Source: Eledone cirrhosa
Lineage: Eukaryota
Assembly: GCA_964016885.1 (NCBI GenBank)
Contig: OZ024743.1
Location: 196,292,001-196,356,000, forward strand
Reading direction: 5' to 3'
DNA length: 64,000 nucleotides
The notes below the pieces were generated by a model. That model searched no databases. It was not told the DNA's origin and saw only the letters and a program-made list of their open reading frames with translations. Shown piece by piece: positions 31,860 to 45,644 of the stretch. The translations under genes were made by a program, and so were the position numbers. The first letter of the stretch is position 1; every line of letters begins with the position of its first letter.

Positions 31860-34800
31860 TAAGTTGTGATGTCGCTGTTCCACTCATATTTTCTATTTAA
31901 TTTTGGTTGTAATTCTTTTATGCTTACTGCCTCTGTAATTTGCCTAAACATTGCATCTTTTCTGTGTGTGGATTCTATTTTTATTTCTATGTTCTCTAAT
32001 CTACCCCCTGTGTTCTATCTTAGCATGTTGGTAGAGCACAGATGATTCTTTATTATCTTGAAGGTCTCGCCAGTGTTCATTTATTCGTTCCCCTATACTA
32101 CGAGCTGTCTCACCTATGTACACTATATTTTTGTTTCTACATTGTCCTTCAGTACATCTTATGCTATACACTACATTTCTAGTTTTACAGTTAATATGGG
32201 GGCTTATTTTACAGGTTATACATTTCTTATCTATACATGAGGGTCTTTGGAACGGGTATGTCTTGCTAATAAGTGTTTTTACGGAGGTACCTGGTCTTTC
32301 TACTATCTTAATATTGAGTTTATGTTTATTTAGGGCCCTTCTAAATTTGTAGGCTAGTTCGCCTCTAGGGGTTGTATTGATGAACATTACACTCTGGTAT
32401 TTATTGCTATCATACCATGAGTTTATTCTATTGGCCTTGTTCCTAGTTCTTTCTATTCTATTCCAAAATTTGCTCCTATACAAGGGGCAGGTCCCATTTA
32501 TGTCATTATTTACCATTTTTTCCCATTTGGTTCTGGCTCCTTTATACACTCTGATTCTATCTCTCTGATTGTAGCCAGAGAACTGCATACGGTGGATGAA
32601 GTGTTTTATGTGTCTCTCTAGTTCTTCGGAGTTGCACATGCGGGACACATTTCTCATCACCCGTACCAAATCCGCAATCAGTATGTTGATTTTGGTATGG
32701 TCCGAAATGGCCGAGTTTCGGTGGATCAGATGTTTGGAAGTCATGGGTTTGGCATAATGGGAATGGAGGATTTGTTTTTGGTTGTTAATGGTATCTAACC
32801 AGAGCTCTGTGTCTAGTACAGGTAATCGATGGTTGGGGTGTCTACTTGGGTAGTCTATAGTAACTCTAATGCTCTGGTGGATGGAGTTTGCTATTTGCTG
32901 GATGCTTTCCATTGTGTTTTTCTCTAGTTCCTGACTGTTCTTTAGTGGGGGTATATTAACTACGATGTTTATATCATCTACGTAGCGGGAGTACATTATC
33001 AGGGTTAAGCTGCCTTCTAATTGTTCTTTAAGTTTTTGTTTAAGTCTACTGTCCCACCATACCATGAATAAGTTAGCTATGTCGCCTGCAATGCTAACAC
33101 CAATAGCTGCTCCTTCCTCTTGGGCATATGTTTTACCATTAAATTTGAACATATGTTCCTTAAGGGTTAATTTTATGCTGGCCCCTACCGCATGTGCAAT
33201 CATTTTCTTCAGTTCATCGTGGTTTTCGGGTGTCCGTATGGCTCTGGTCCACCCGTTCCATCTATCTATGTGGGTTTTCTTGGCCATTGAGGTAATGGTA
33301 GGTGGTCTGCCTCTTGCTGGTCTTGTAGGGCACAGGTTGCTAAGGTCATAAGTGTCTAGGTAACTATTACTATGGGTAAGCTTAAGTAGAAGTCCCAGCT
33401 CACTGGTATCAATCCCACGGAACTCAACCTTGCTCTCGCTGATCATTTTTACGCATTTCTCCACAGCAAAATCCACGTCAATAGATGGATACAGGGACAC
33501 AACATCCATACTGCCTATTATGCAGTTTGTTAGGTCCCCAGATCGGTTACCCGCGCCGATTCTGCTGAGGAGGTCCTCCGTGCTGTCACATACATCTGGG
33601 GACATCTCAATGATGGGGCGTATGATCAGGGAGAGGAATTAGGACAGTCTGTAGTTACTAGCAATGTTAGCTCCACAGACTGGCAGTGTTGGTGGTCCCG
33701 CGACAGTGTCCCAACCCGTTTTATGGTCTTTTCGAAGCCCATACAACGCCGGCACGTCATTGTTCCAGGCCTGGAAGTTGTTGGCAGTCCTTTTGTTGGG
33801 CTGCATTATATTCGTCCACATCACCATATGGGCATTGAGGGCTTTTTCTCTATCCTCATGCTCCTGTGGTGTTACCTCTCTTGTGTTAGTGATGTGGGGT
33901 TGCATTGCCTGGATGTAGTTTGGCAGGCTGTCAACCGACATTCTGCCAGACTTGTCTGTTGGAAAACATGCTATCTCTCCATTACGCGAGCGCTGCATGA
34001 GCTTACGCAAGCCATTTGCAGATTTTTCTCCCAGTTGCTGGGCCTCTATTCTATTATGCTTCTTGCTATACTGTTCTATAATATTTCTAAGTTCGGATTT
34101 AGCTATACTAAATTGTGCTTCTGTGTGTTCATCGACCTGCGACGGCAACTGCGTGCGTTTGTTAAATGGCAAAGTCGTGGCGTGGACTCGTCGCAGGTCG
34201 AATGATTTATCGGAGGGATTATAAAACGGAGAGTTCCAGGCTGCTGCTTTATGTGTACTAGTGCTATTGTTATTGTTAGTTGTGTTGTTTCTATTTCTAT
34301 TTCCACCAACAGCCGCATGGTTGTTTCTATGTCTCTCATAATTACTCCTGTCTCTTTCCACTGGCTCAATATTGTTATCTACTCTATTTTGTGTGTCTGT
34401 GTGTTCGTCTTGGTTATTCTCTTTGTCCTTAGTCTCCCATCTCCTTTTCCTTTTAATCCTATTACTTTCCCTTATTTCTCTGATTTATGTGCTACTGTCA
34501 TTACTTGTTTTCTGTGTCTGTGTGTTTGTTAAGATTGTGGTGGTGGTGAGAGGCATTGAATGCGTGTGTGTTGTTGTTGTTGATGTGTGCTGTTGTTGAT
34601 GTGTGTTGTTGTTGTCTCCGTGTGTGTTATCGTTGTTGTGTGTGTTGTTATTGTTGTTTGTGTCTGCGTGTCTGTTGTTGTTGTATCTGGGTATGTTGCT
34701 ATTGTTGTTGTTGTTGATGTGTGTGTTGTTGTTATTGTTGTTTGTGTCTGTGTGTCTGTTGTTCTTGGGATGTGTGTTGTATATGTGTGTGCGTATATTG

Positions 34801-34960
34801 TTGCTTTTGTTTTTGATGCTCCAGCGTAGTTTTGTAAATGATTTTTCTATTTCTGACAGACAACTAATCATATTTACCTTCTTGAATGTCGCAAATTTGG
34901 GCGGCAGACATAACACAGACATTTCATTATTATCTATTTCCGTGTTCCCATAGATGTTGG

Positions 34961-34965
<5 letters not shown>
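31860..34965 (-). pseudogene. PLE RT-GIY-YIG polyprotein, disrupted
   Basis: LPPKF...KLRW, PTDKSG, LYGLRKDHK, SMDVVSLYPSI, RYVDD, CIDKKCITC...C, VVY...YIGETAR...EH, and RQITEAVSI...LNRKYEW in a shifted frame. TAA at 33639, frameshift near 32000. Confidence 0.88.
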
Positions 34966-35036
<71 letters not shown>

Positions 35037-35146
35037 TATATATATAATGTCCATGCGGTTAAGTTTACAAACGTGAAAAAGTGCTCAATACCAAAGTTGA
35101 AAATATAAATTTATTCTATCGCTATAACAAGACTCAAATTTACCCT

Positions 35147-35216
<70 letters not shown>

Positions 35217-35317
35217 GATACAAGCGTGAACCTAATATTAACACTTTGTACTGCCTCTTCGCTTTGTATTTTTTTTTGTTTTCTGCTTTAACTATAATAT
35301 ATATATATATATATATA

Positions 35318-35558
35318 GTGGTGGAACACTGGAAGGTAATATCTATCCGTAGTGGTAGAGCACTCAGTCCAAGGGACGAGTTAGGTAGAAGTGGTTACAT
35401 AACAGTTAGTTCACCATACCGAGAACAATTGTTTCACCTTCGCGGATCTTCAGCTCGGGATGTGTATGGTTATAGGAACTGTTCCTATAACCATACACAT
35501 CCCGAGCTGAAGATCCGCGAAGATGAAACAATTGTTCTCGGTATGGTGAACTAACTGT

Positions 35559-35559
<1 letters not shown>
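35318..35559. mobile_element. Perfect fold-back non-coding element with an HHR motif on both strands
   Basis: 35401-35559 is a palindrome with 1 arm mismatch. CCGAG-CTGAAGA-tccgcgaag(a/g)t-GAA-ACAATTGT-T-CTCGG. (TA)n flanks. Confidence 0.75.
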
Positions 35560-35619
<60 letters not shown>

Positions 35620-35935
35620 CATTGAGTTACAAACTCAAAGTAGTCCCTTACAATTAAAAGATTTAATTGAAGTGATAGGTTTACTAATTCGTACATCCAC
35701 TGACGAGCAATAGAATTGGTAATTCCCTTCACTTGATGCGAAACAGTTTTACCATAGAATGTCTGAATGTGTTGTTTGATAGTTATCAAAATTCGGTTTG
35801 TACTTTTTCTTAATTTATTCTTTTAATTGGGTCTGGCAAATCGCATTATTCATAGTTAGTTTCTTATTCACCCTAATGAATCTGGTCCCTTATAATTTGA
35901 AGACATATATGTATATATCTGTGTTTATCTCTCTT

Positions 35936-36025
<90 letters not shown>

Positions 36026-36070
36026 CGTAAAATAAGAAAATTATAAAATTAACTTACTTACTAAAAAATC

Positions 36071-36153
36071 ACTTCCAACTAATTAGTTTCTGGAATGGAG
36101 TAAATATATTTTCCGAAGAAACATATAGAAAATCATTCCGTCATCAGGAAAGT
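36071..36153 (-). ncRNA. Hammerhead ribozyme (inverted copy)
   Basis: Reverse complement of 36586-36668. Confidence 0.72.
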
Positions 36154-36585
36154 CTTTTTCCGTGTAAGTCTCCAGGCATAGCGAGGACTCTGGAAACTTA
36201 TTAAAAAAATTCAGTGGAAAGGAAATAGCGAAGCGTGGACTGGATTCCTAGCCATTGAGAAAGTCACTGCCTCTTCGTCTGTGGCAAATTCAAAAAGAAT
36301 CAATCACGTGACATCGAGGTCAATCAGTGGAAAGCGAATGGTTAATAAGACAGCGGCCAGCCTACTACCATAGTAGCAGTCATGGCCAAATATTGCTCGA
36401 CAAATGAATTGGAGATAATTATAAGGAATTTATATCTAGTAACATTTATATACACACAGATGCATATCAATGCTAGCAAATATATAGGTTTTGTCTTATT
36501 AACATTGTGGTTCAATGCATGGGGTTGCAGAACAATAATAAGTTTCCAGAGTCCTCGCTATGCCTGGAGACTTACACGGAAAAAG

Positions 36586-36668
36586 ACTTTCCTGATGACG
36601 GAATGATTTTCTATATGTTTCTTCGGAAAATATATTTACTCCATTCCAGAAACTAATTAGTTGGAAGT
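36586..36668 (+). ncRNA. Type I hammerhead with extended stem II capped by C(UUCG)G
   Basis: ACTTTC-CTGATGA-cGGAATG...atatgtttc-TTCG-gaaaatatat...CATTCCa-GAA-ACTAATTAGT-T-GGAAGT. Confidence 0.75.
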
Positions 36669-36835
36669 GATTTTTTTAGTAAGTAAGTTAATTTTATAAT
36701 TTTCTTATTTTACGTCTCTCATATTATTGTTCTGCAACCCCATGCATTGAACCACAATGTTAATAAGACAAAACCTATATATTTGCTAGCATTCATATGC
36801 ATCTGTGTGTATATAAATGTTACTAGATATAAATT

Positions 36836-36888
<53 letters not shown>

Positions 36889-36903
36889 TACATATACATA
36901 TAC

Positions 36904-37103
<200 letters not shown>

Positions 37104-37193
37104 ACATATATATATATATAAATATATATACAAACACATATATATATTCATATATACATATATATATATATACATATACATATATAAATATAT

Positions 37194-37224
<31 letters not shown>

Positions 37225-37256
37225 CATATATATATGCATATATTCATATATATACA

Positions 37257-37291
<35 letters not shown>

Positions 37292-37292
37292 G

Positions 37293-37396
<104 letters not shown>

Positions 37397-37408
37397 TACA
37401 TATATACA

Positions 37409-37448
<40 letters not shown>

Positions 37449-37488
37449 GATATTAAACAAATGGAAACTATATTTATAAAACCATATT

Positions 37489-37554
37489 TATTTCGTTATA
37501 TATATTTCTGGGATATCATATTAAAAATATGGTATGCCTTCCTCAGACAAAATA
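37489..37554 (-). ncRNA. Hammerhead ribozyme (CUGAGGA variant), inverted copy
   Basis: Reverse complement of 41615-41680. Confidence 0.78.
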
Positions 37555-37929
37555 CAATATATAAGCTGTTTTATAAATAATTTTGACATACCTTAGAATA
37601 ATGCAACTTCCATTTAAAAAGTTGATTTGGTAGTGAAACTGTTGAGGACAGTTATAGAGAAAGAAAGACGAAGAAAAACGAAGATAAAAAGAAGAAGATG
37701 GAGAGATGTATGTAAAGAAAAACAACAGAGCGAGATAGAGAGAGAAGGAGATATGGGAGAGAGAAATATATTCCATTTGTTTAATATCGTAAACCTACTC
37801 CAAAAACTGTTGAGTGCTTTTATATCAGTTATAAAATATTTACTCGTTGTAACCCAACAATTTTAAATACATCTTTTGCATATATTTTGCTCCAATACCG
37901 TTGAGCGCTTTATATTATAACTGAAAAAA

Positions 37930-40330
37930 ATGGAATTCTTTAAGATCTCTTCTTCTCTAAAAGACATACCTCTACCTAGAAACAAGGACTTTATTAAACA
38001 ACTAATAGATAAATCGGACTCTTTTATAAGGAGAATCAGGTGGCGTGCATTCCACTTTGATAAATCTAATATAAATGAAAATGTCTCAGACCTAGACAAA
38101 GTCTTCAAATCTAAAAACAGTCCACCCCCCAACAAACTTTTAACTGATTTTGAAAACGATATAATTTCTATCATACAAGGAGTTAAATTCAAAAGAAACT
38201 TCAATGGCCAGGAATATATGAAAAGCATTAAGGATAACATTGTGAGCTTAGAGAGAACAGATAAGATCTTGGTGAAATCGGACAAAACCAACAACCTCTA
38301 TGGAGTGGAAAAAGACATGTATAATGGCCTTATACTGAAAGAACTAAGGAAAAAGTACAAGGTAGCAGATAAGGCTGAACTTGAGAAAATGAATGTTGGG
38401 GCATCTTGTATAATGCATGAGTTGGAAATTGAGAACAAAACACAACCTTTCGTGCCCAGGAAACCCAAGATCAATATGAAAGATCACAAGAGAAATTTTG
38501 AAAATGACTTGCCAGTCAGGTTGATTGCACCATCAAAATCTGACCTGGGTAAACTTAGCAAGAACATTCTAGACAGGGTGATACAGCAAATTAAGGACTT
38601 GAATTGTATACCTGGCTTGACCTTGTGGAAGGGAACTGGGGAGGTCATTGAGTGGTTTAATGAAATTAAATATAACAATAATAATAAATTTATTCAACTA
38701 GATATTGCTAACTACTATTCATCCATTACCCCTAATCTACTAAATAAGGCACTAAATTACGCATTCAAACATACAGACCTAACTAGCAATGAAATGCACA
38801 TTATATTATCGGCTAGGAAAACATTGATAGAATTTAATAACCAACTATGGACTAGGGCAGATAGAGATAATAATTTCGACATTACTATGGGATCATCAGA
38901 CTCAGCTCAGGTAACGGACCTTGTGGGCCTATTTATAATTAATTCGCTGCATAGGAAAATACCCGGTGTTACCGGAGGTTTATATAGAGATGACATGCTT
39001 TTACTTATTGAAAATAATAACTCTGAACTAAATAGAAAAAGAAACCAAATTATACAATTTTTTAATTACCTTAATCTAAAAGTAGAAATTGAGAATAACC
39101 ATAGAATAGTCAATTTCCTAGACGTAACATTAAATCTCAACACATGTCTTCACTATCCATTTCACAAGTTAAATGAAAACTTGAATTATGTCAATTTTAG
39201 CTCCAATCACCCCAGATCTGTCAAAAATACTATAGTGAACTCTGTTCAAAAACGTATCTCTAGAATCTCTTCCAATAAAAATATTTTTGACGAAAAAGCC
39301 CAGTATTATAATGAAGCGTTAGCAAGAGCAGGATATAGTGATAAAATTATGTACATCGATAATAGACAAACTAACCAAAATAACAACAATTTTAATTACA
39401 GTAACAACTTTAACAACTATAATAGAAAGCACTACAATAATTCCAAAAACCAGAAAAGAAATAGATCTAGAAATATAATATGGTTTCCCCCCCCCCTTCT
39501 CACTAAACATTAAAACCCACATCGCTAAACTATTTTTTAATGCTCTTGACAAACGCTTCCCTAGAACACATAAGTATCACTCAATTTTCAATAGACATAC
39601 TATAAAATTAACATACTCGTCCACCAAAAATTTAGCACAAAATATTAATAGAATAAATAATTGTTTCTACTTTAGGCACAAGGCCAGAAATTACCCAGCA
39701 CATTACTGGTACTTTATTTTATCGACCCCATAAGGATGAAAGGCAAAGTTAACCTCGGCGGGATTTGAACTCAGACTGTAAAGGGACGTAACTATGCTAC
39801 AAAGCATGGCGTCCAACCCTCTACCGAATAGAATAAATAATGGGAATCTAAAACCTAGCCAAAATACCGAAAATAGCCTAAACAATATTCAAGTAAACAA
39901 CTGTAACTGTAGAGATAGATCTAAATGTCCGCTAAATAACAATTGCTTAGTTAAAAATATAATATACAACTGTAATGTTAAAACTGACTTAAATTCTTTT
40001 AATTATGTTGGTTCCACCTCGACAGAATTTAAACTTCGCTATAATAATCACAAAAATTCTTTCACGAATCCAAATAAAAAATCTTCAACATCACTATCAG
40101 GCTTACTCTGGCAACTTAAACATGATAAAGTTGGATATTCGATGGTTTGGAATATAGTCTCAAAAGGCATTCCTTTTAATTCCTCTTCTGAGACATGTGA
40201 CCTCTGCGCGGAGGAGATATTCTTTATACTAAAATCTAAAAATTCCCTTAATTTACGAACCAATTTATTCAGCTGCTGCAGACATAATACGAACTCAACT
40301 TTTAAATATAAATATAAATTTAAAATGTAG
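37930..40330 (+). pseudogene. PLE RT + GIY-YIG ORF broken by a poly-C frameshift (~39490) and a SINE insertion
   Basis: KSDKTNN, KDHK, QLDIANYYSSI, GLYRDD, CNCRDRSKCPL, YVGST. Paralog of 28709-30275. Confidence 0.92.
39662..39826 (-). mobile_element. SINE family A inserted in the PLE ORF with 15-bp TSD
   Basis: TSD aatagaataaataat at 39647-39661 and 39827-39841. Confidence 0.93.
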
Positions 40331-41614
40331 TATAAAATGTAGTATATTTACTTAAGATATTTAACTATTTATGAAACTTGGCGATTAATCTTTCGATTCC
40401 TTCAATTTTTTAAAACCTTTCTGCATGAATATATAATTAATGAGATTAATTAAACTACCCTAAAATTGGCGATGTTCCCAATCTTTTGAATAAATTTTTA
40501 AGCTAGATAAACTTCTATAATAAATATAAGAGCATTTGTAGAATAAGTTTTGAATGACTTCCGCTAAATAAGGTTTGTTGAACAATTTTGGTTTTTGTTT
40601 GCTTTTGATTCTGATTGCTTCTAATGAACTTGACAACATATTGTCAAATAAATTGGAAGGGTGGTTTTATGTGACTGATATGCGTGGCATACTATGTTCT
40701 CTTACGTCCCTAGATACTCTGTGGAGTGACGAAGATATTCTTGGCGTTTTTAATTTTTAATATTGATATCTGTTGTCTAATTTTTAATATTGATATCTGT
40801 TGTCTATTCTTTGCTTGATCGATAATCATGTAAGTGAGGGCAGGAATATTACTATAAATGTTAATGTATATTTTGTCTATATATATATATATATGTATGT
40901 ACATATATGTATGGTGGAATCTTTTGTAACGCAATGAAGATTTTCATGAAAAATAAGAATCTGCGGAGCATATCACGTAAGTGCACATGTGTGTCTATAA
41001 TTATCAACTTGAATTTGAGATAACCTTCTCTTTTCTCTTTTTTCTTTTTTCATGAGAGTGCATATATACTTATGTTTGAAGTTTTGTCTCAGATTTTGCT
41101 TATAGACCTAAGAATTTTTAAACGAAGCATGGGGTCATTTTTTTTACACATTATGGATATATGTCTCATTCATGAATATTGATATTTACATTATAATACC
41201 TAATTCATAAAAATTGATAATTCAAATGGATGAGACATAATATATTTTAAATATATCATCTTTCTTTCTTTTTCTCCTCTACACTGGACGTGATTTATCT
41301 GTCGGCTATTTTAACTGTATCCCTTCCCTCCTAACCTCTCACTTGTACCAGGATCATCTGTCCCAAAGCTGCCTACTATATTTTTTTCACTTCCTCAATA
41401 TATTTCTCTCTCCCATATCTCCTTCTCTCTCTATCTCGCTCTGTTGTTTTTCTTTACATACATCTCTCCATCTTCTTCTTTTTATCTTCGTTTTTCTTCG
41501 TCTTTCTTTCTCTATAACTGTCCTCAACAGTTTCACTACCAAATCAACTTTTTAAATGGAAGTTGCATTATTCTAAGGTATGTCAAAATTATTTATAAAA
41601 CAGCTTATATATTG

Positions 41615-41680
41615 TATTTTGTCTGAGGAAGGCATACCATATTTTTAATATGATATCCCAGAAATATATATAACGAAATA
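41615..41680 (+). ncRNA. Type I hammerhead ribozyme in 3' pLTR
   Basis: TATTTTGT-CTGAGGA-[long stem II]-GAA-ATATATAT-A-ACGAAATA. A G-C pair replaces the G-U seen in stem I of the 31089 copy. Confidence 0.8.
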
Positions 41681-41808
41681 AATATGGTTTTATAAATATA
41701 GTTTCCATTTGTTTAATATCGTAAACCTACTCCAAAAACTGTTGAGTGCTTTTATATCAGTTATAAAATATTTACTCGTTGTAACCCAACAATTTTAAAT
41801 AAATCGTT

Positions 41809-41886
<78 letters not shown>

Positions 41887-42171
41887 TATATATACATATA
41901 TACATATATACATATATACATATATACATATTGGGTTTATATTAAAATATAACCTAATGATTGTTGAGTGAGATGGTTACCAGTCAGAGATTAGCTTTAA
42001 ACTATCTCTGTTATTGTATTAATATTTATATACATATATATATATTTCTTTCTTTTCAATGGCTGACAATACCTTACCGGCACCACTCGAATAAGGTAGT
42101 TATTTAACACTAAAATGGGGCCCTAACAGGTACTACTACTCCAGGTAGTTTAATGTCATACCCAGAATTGG

Positions 42172-42733
42172 TTGAGGACTTCCTGTATTTGGGAGCAAAT
42201 ATTGGGAATGCGGAAGATGATGTGGTTGAGAGGAAGAGCAAAGCTGGGCGGCGTGCCACAGCTTGAGATCGGTGTGGAAGTCGGACCTTCGTAAAGATCT
42301 GAAAATCCGCCTCTTCATTGCTGTAGTGGAGTCTGTGCTGCTGTACGAGTCTGAGACTTGGACACTGACCAAGAAACTCACTCAGATGGTGGATGGGTGC
42401 TACACAAGAATGCTGAGGATGGCTCTGAACATTAATCAGTATACACTGAGGATGAAAAACTCAGAGCTGTATGGGAGCATCCCAAAAGTCAGCTCAAAGT
42501 TGACACAGAGAAGACTGAGGTTAGCTGCACATCCAGAGTTGACATTTCACTCAGTGCTCCTGTGGGAGCCCCTACATGGACACACTGGAAGAGGAAGACC
42601 AAGGTTAGCGTATGTTGATGCCCTAGGGTCAGACACTGGTCTGTTGGAGACGCAGGACATGGCAGCGATGATGAGGGACAGAGACCGCTGGAGAGAACTC
42701 GTCCATGGATCTCAGGAATTTTACCCACCCTAG
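42172..42733 (+). mobile_element. 5'-truncated RTE-clade LINE 3' end
   Basis: KIRLFIAVVESVLLYESETWTL...RMLRMALNI...RRLRLA...GRPRL...DRDRWR. Confidence 0.82.
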
Positions 42734-42734
42734 A

Positions 42735-42781
<47 letters not shown>

Positions 42782-42784
<3 letters not shown>

Positions 42785-43068
42785 TGTGAGGACGATATTT
42801 GTTCGCAATTTTCAACTGTTAATTTTATGCAAAATTTTTTTGCTTCCGTTGTCACTCTTGTCTTCATAAAAACAGTGACTATATTTCCATTATTTATTTT
42901 CAGAATAATTGATTATGAATAATTTTGAACCTCCAAATTTGTGGAAGAGACACGGAGTACTTCTTGGATTCCGCACCGGGAGGACAAATAAGGAAATTTC
43001 AGACTTTCTCAGCATCAGCAGGAGAATGGTGGAAAAGGTCAGAAAGGAATTAGAAGATTCAGGATTCG
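42782..43068 (+). mobile_element. Tc1/mariner-superfamily left end with the start of the transposase HTH
   Basis: TA|CAGTGTG terminus in (TA)n. MNNFEPPNLWKRHGVLLGFRTGRTNKEISDFLSISRRMVEKVRK resembles an N-terminal HTH. Confidence 0.55.
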
Positions 43069-43401
43069 ATAATGTTCGGACGTTTCAGTTTACAAACTAT
43101 AATATTTTCAAAATATATATAGTAGGGCATAAATGCCCCCTTACCGTTAGCAACAATGACCATATTTTCCGTTAAGGGATTGAATGTTCCCTAATATTTA
43201 GACTATATATGTATAGACACACATTTTCCCCGTTCCTTCCTCTCACCACTCTTTACTGTCTATTTTTCATCTATTTCTAACTCTATCTTATAGTATCCGA
43301 AATGTTAAGACCTTCTTTCTGCTATTTCAAGCGTTAAACTAGTATATTTCCATGTGCTATGCCGTTTGTTTTGTTATTTCTGTTTACCTTTTACTCACAC
43401 A

Positions 43402-43561
<160 letters not shown>

Positions 43562-43716
43562 AAACAAATGGAGAATAGGAAGGCTGTGGAGTTGCTACTT
43601 AAGGTAGGCTTAAAATCAAGAAGAAAGCAAGTACGGTGGGGGGAAGTTTTCCTCATCAGTTATCTACTGGGGTCTCGGATATTTCAACGCTATATATATA
43701 TATTTATATATATATA

Positions 43717-43794
43717 TAGGGTGTCTCCCAAAAATGTATACACACTTTGATTGGAATGCTGTTGAAGTGTGTATATATTTTTTGTGTTACACTG
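43717..43794. mobile_element. Tiny Tc1/mariner-type MITE
   Basis: Imperfect ~30-bp TIRs (agggtgtctcccaaaaatgtatacacactt / aagtgtgtatatattttttgtgttacactg) with TA flanks. Confidence 0.6.
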
Positions 43795-44128
43795 TATATA
43801 TATATATATATATATAAATATATATATCTTGTACTGATATTCCTTAAGTTCATTCTTAGAGAATATACTTATTAGCTTATCATCTCAAGAATTGAATATA
43901 GATTTCATGTTATGTTTTATGATGAGTAAACTAGAATTTGCAGAGACGTTAGAATTTCTGATAAAATACTTTGTGGTACTCATTCCGGCTCTCTTGTCAA
44001 CGTTGCCATTTATCCGTTTCATGTAAAAAAAATAATATTACAGTCAAATCTTGAGGTCGGTTCTTGTTGTCGATTCTTGTTCTGTATCTCGGTTTCACTT
44101 CCTCTATATCACAGACACACACACACTC

Positions 44129-44218
<90 letters not shown>

Positions 44219-44233
44219 GCACACACACACACA

Positions 44234-44329
<96 letters not shown>

Positions 44330-44514
44330 AAGTAATATCTGCTTTGTTCAGACCTGATGAGGATATAGGCTTCGCCAGGTTTTAAAAATGCCCGAGAAAC
44401 ACCGTTTCTCTTACCAGCACCTTTAAGACTTCACAAGGAGGTACGAATACACACACATAGATACATACAAACTAGGATTGAAAGCTAAATGGATGTTTAA
44501 AATCATTATTTTTT

Positions 44515-44753
44515 TGTACGTATACTATATTTGATAATATACTGTATGCTTATTTAAAAACATTTTGAAGACATTTCGCTATGAATTTTAAAGTAATGAC
44601 TTCGTCACATATTTAGTCTCGGCAAAAGCATCCCCTATGTTTTTGCCGAGACTAAGTATGTGACTTAGACACTACTTTAAAATTCATAGCGAATGGTCTT
44701 CAAAATGTTTTAAAATAAACATACAGTATATTATCAAATATAGTATACGTACA
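44515..44753. mobile_element. Fold-back (MITE-like) element
   Basis: ~117-bp imperfect inverted arms around a ccct loop. Possible TA TSD. Confidence 0.65.
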
Positions 44754-45440
44754 TTCATATACACATCGCTATTTCGGAGCACCAATATTAATTATTTTTT
44801 TGTCTTCATTTGTTGCTTTTATTATACAGAAAGTCAATATGAACGGTAATAAAATTGTGAACGCGTAATAAAAATGAGAATCACCTCAGTGTAATAACCT
44901 CTACTACCAGTTATCTGACAAGAATTGCCACTCGTGATAACACGTTCATACAATTTCGTAGTTTTGAAATAAAATAAGACGTCAACAAAGATGGTGTCAA
45001 AAATTTAACAGTATACGCACAAACATATAATCACACACACACATACACATATACACACACATATATACAAATGCATACATACATACACACACTCACACAC
45101 ATACACATATGCACATACACATACACACATGCATACATACATGCACACAATCTCACACATACACATGTACACATACACATACACAAATGCATACATACAC
45201 ACACTCACACACTCACACACATACACATATACGCACACACAAATGCATACATACATACACACGCTCACGCACATACACATGCAATCACACATACATGCAC
45301 ACACATACACAAACGCACACAAACACATTCACATATATGTACATATTCAAACACATATACACCAAAATACAAAGACTAAAATACACTCACACACTGACAC
45401 ATACACACACATATATATATATATATATGTGTGTGTGTGT

Positions 45441-45604
45441 AGGCGCAGGCATGGCTGTGTGTGCTTATGGTGTTCATTTGCAACCACGTGCTTTCCAGTT
45501 CGGTTCCACTGCATGGCACCTTCGGCAAGTATTTTCTACTAGAGCCTCGGACTAACCAGAGTGAGTGAAATTTGGTAGACTGAAGCCGTGCGGAAACCCA
45601 TTGT

Positions 45605-45607
<3 letters not shown>
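45441..45607 (+). mobile_element. tRNA-derived SINE family C (diverged)
   Basis: ggcgcaggcatggctgtgtg...gttcggttccactgcatggcaccttcggcaagt...tttggtagac. Weaker reversed copies near 10280-10450 and 13455-13605. Confidence 0.6.

Positions 45608-45639
<32 letters not shown>

Positions 45640-45644
<5 letters not shown>

Larger units (their letters stand above)
31300..35150 (-). mobile_element. Penelope-like element of a second lineage (Neptune-like Cys linker), decayed
   Basis: ORF fragments plus a 3' pLTR with HHR. (TA)n flanks. The 5' boundary is uncertain. Confidence 0.85.
36020..36841 (+). mobile_element. Non-coding HHR element with double inversion (B'-X-A-B-A')
   Basis: 36020-36203 is the reverse complement of ~36537-36720, and 36721-36841 of 36421-36540. 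(TA)n flanks. Confidence 0.8.
37446..41815 (+). mobile_element. Full-length Hydra-clade-like PLE with inverted and direct pLTR segments
   Basis: 37446-~37770 is inverted relative to ~41399-41723. 37771-37869 is a direct repeat of 41703-41801. (TA)n at both ends. Confidence 0.92.

Noticed and set aside
37930-40500. Naiad-type selenoprotein PLE with SECIS
   Set aside because: The endonuclease is C-terminal, there is no in-frame TGA at Cys positions, and no convincing SECIS is visible.
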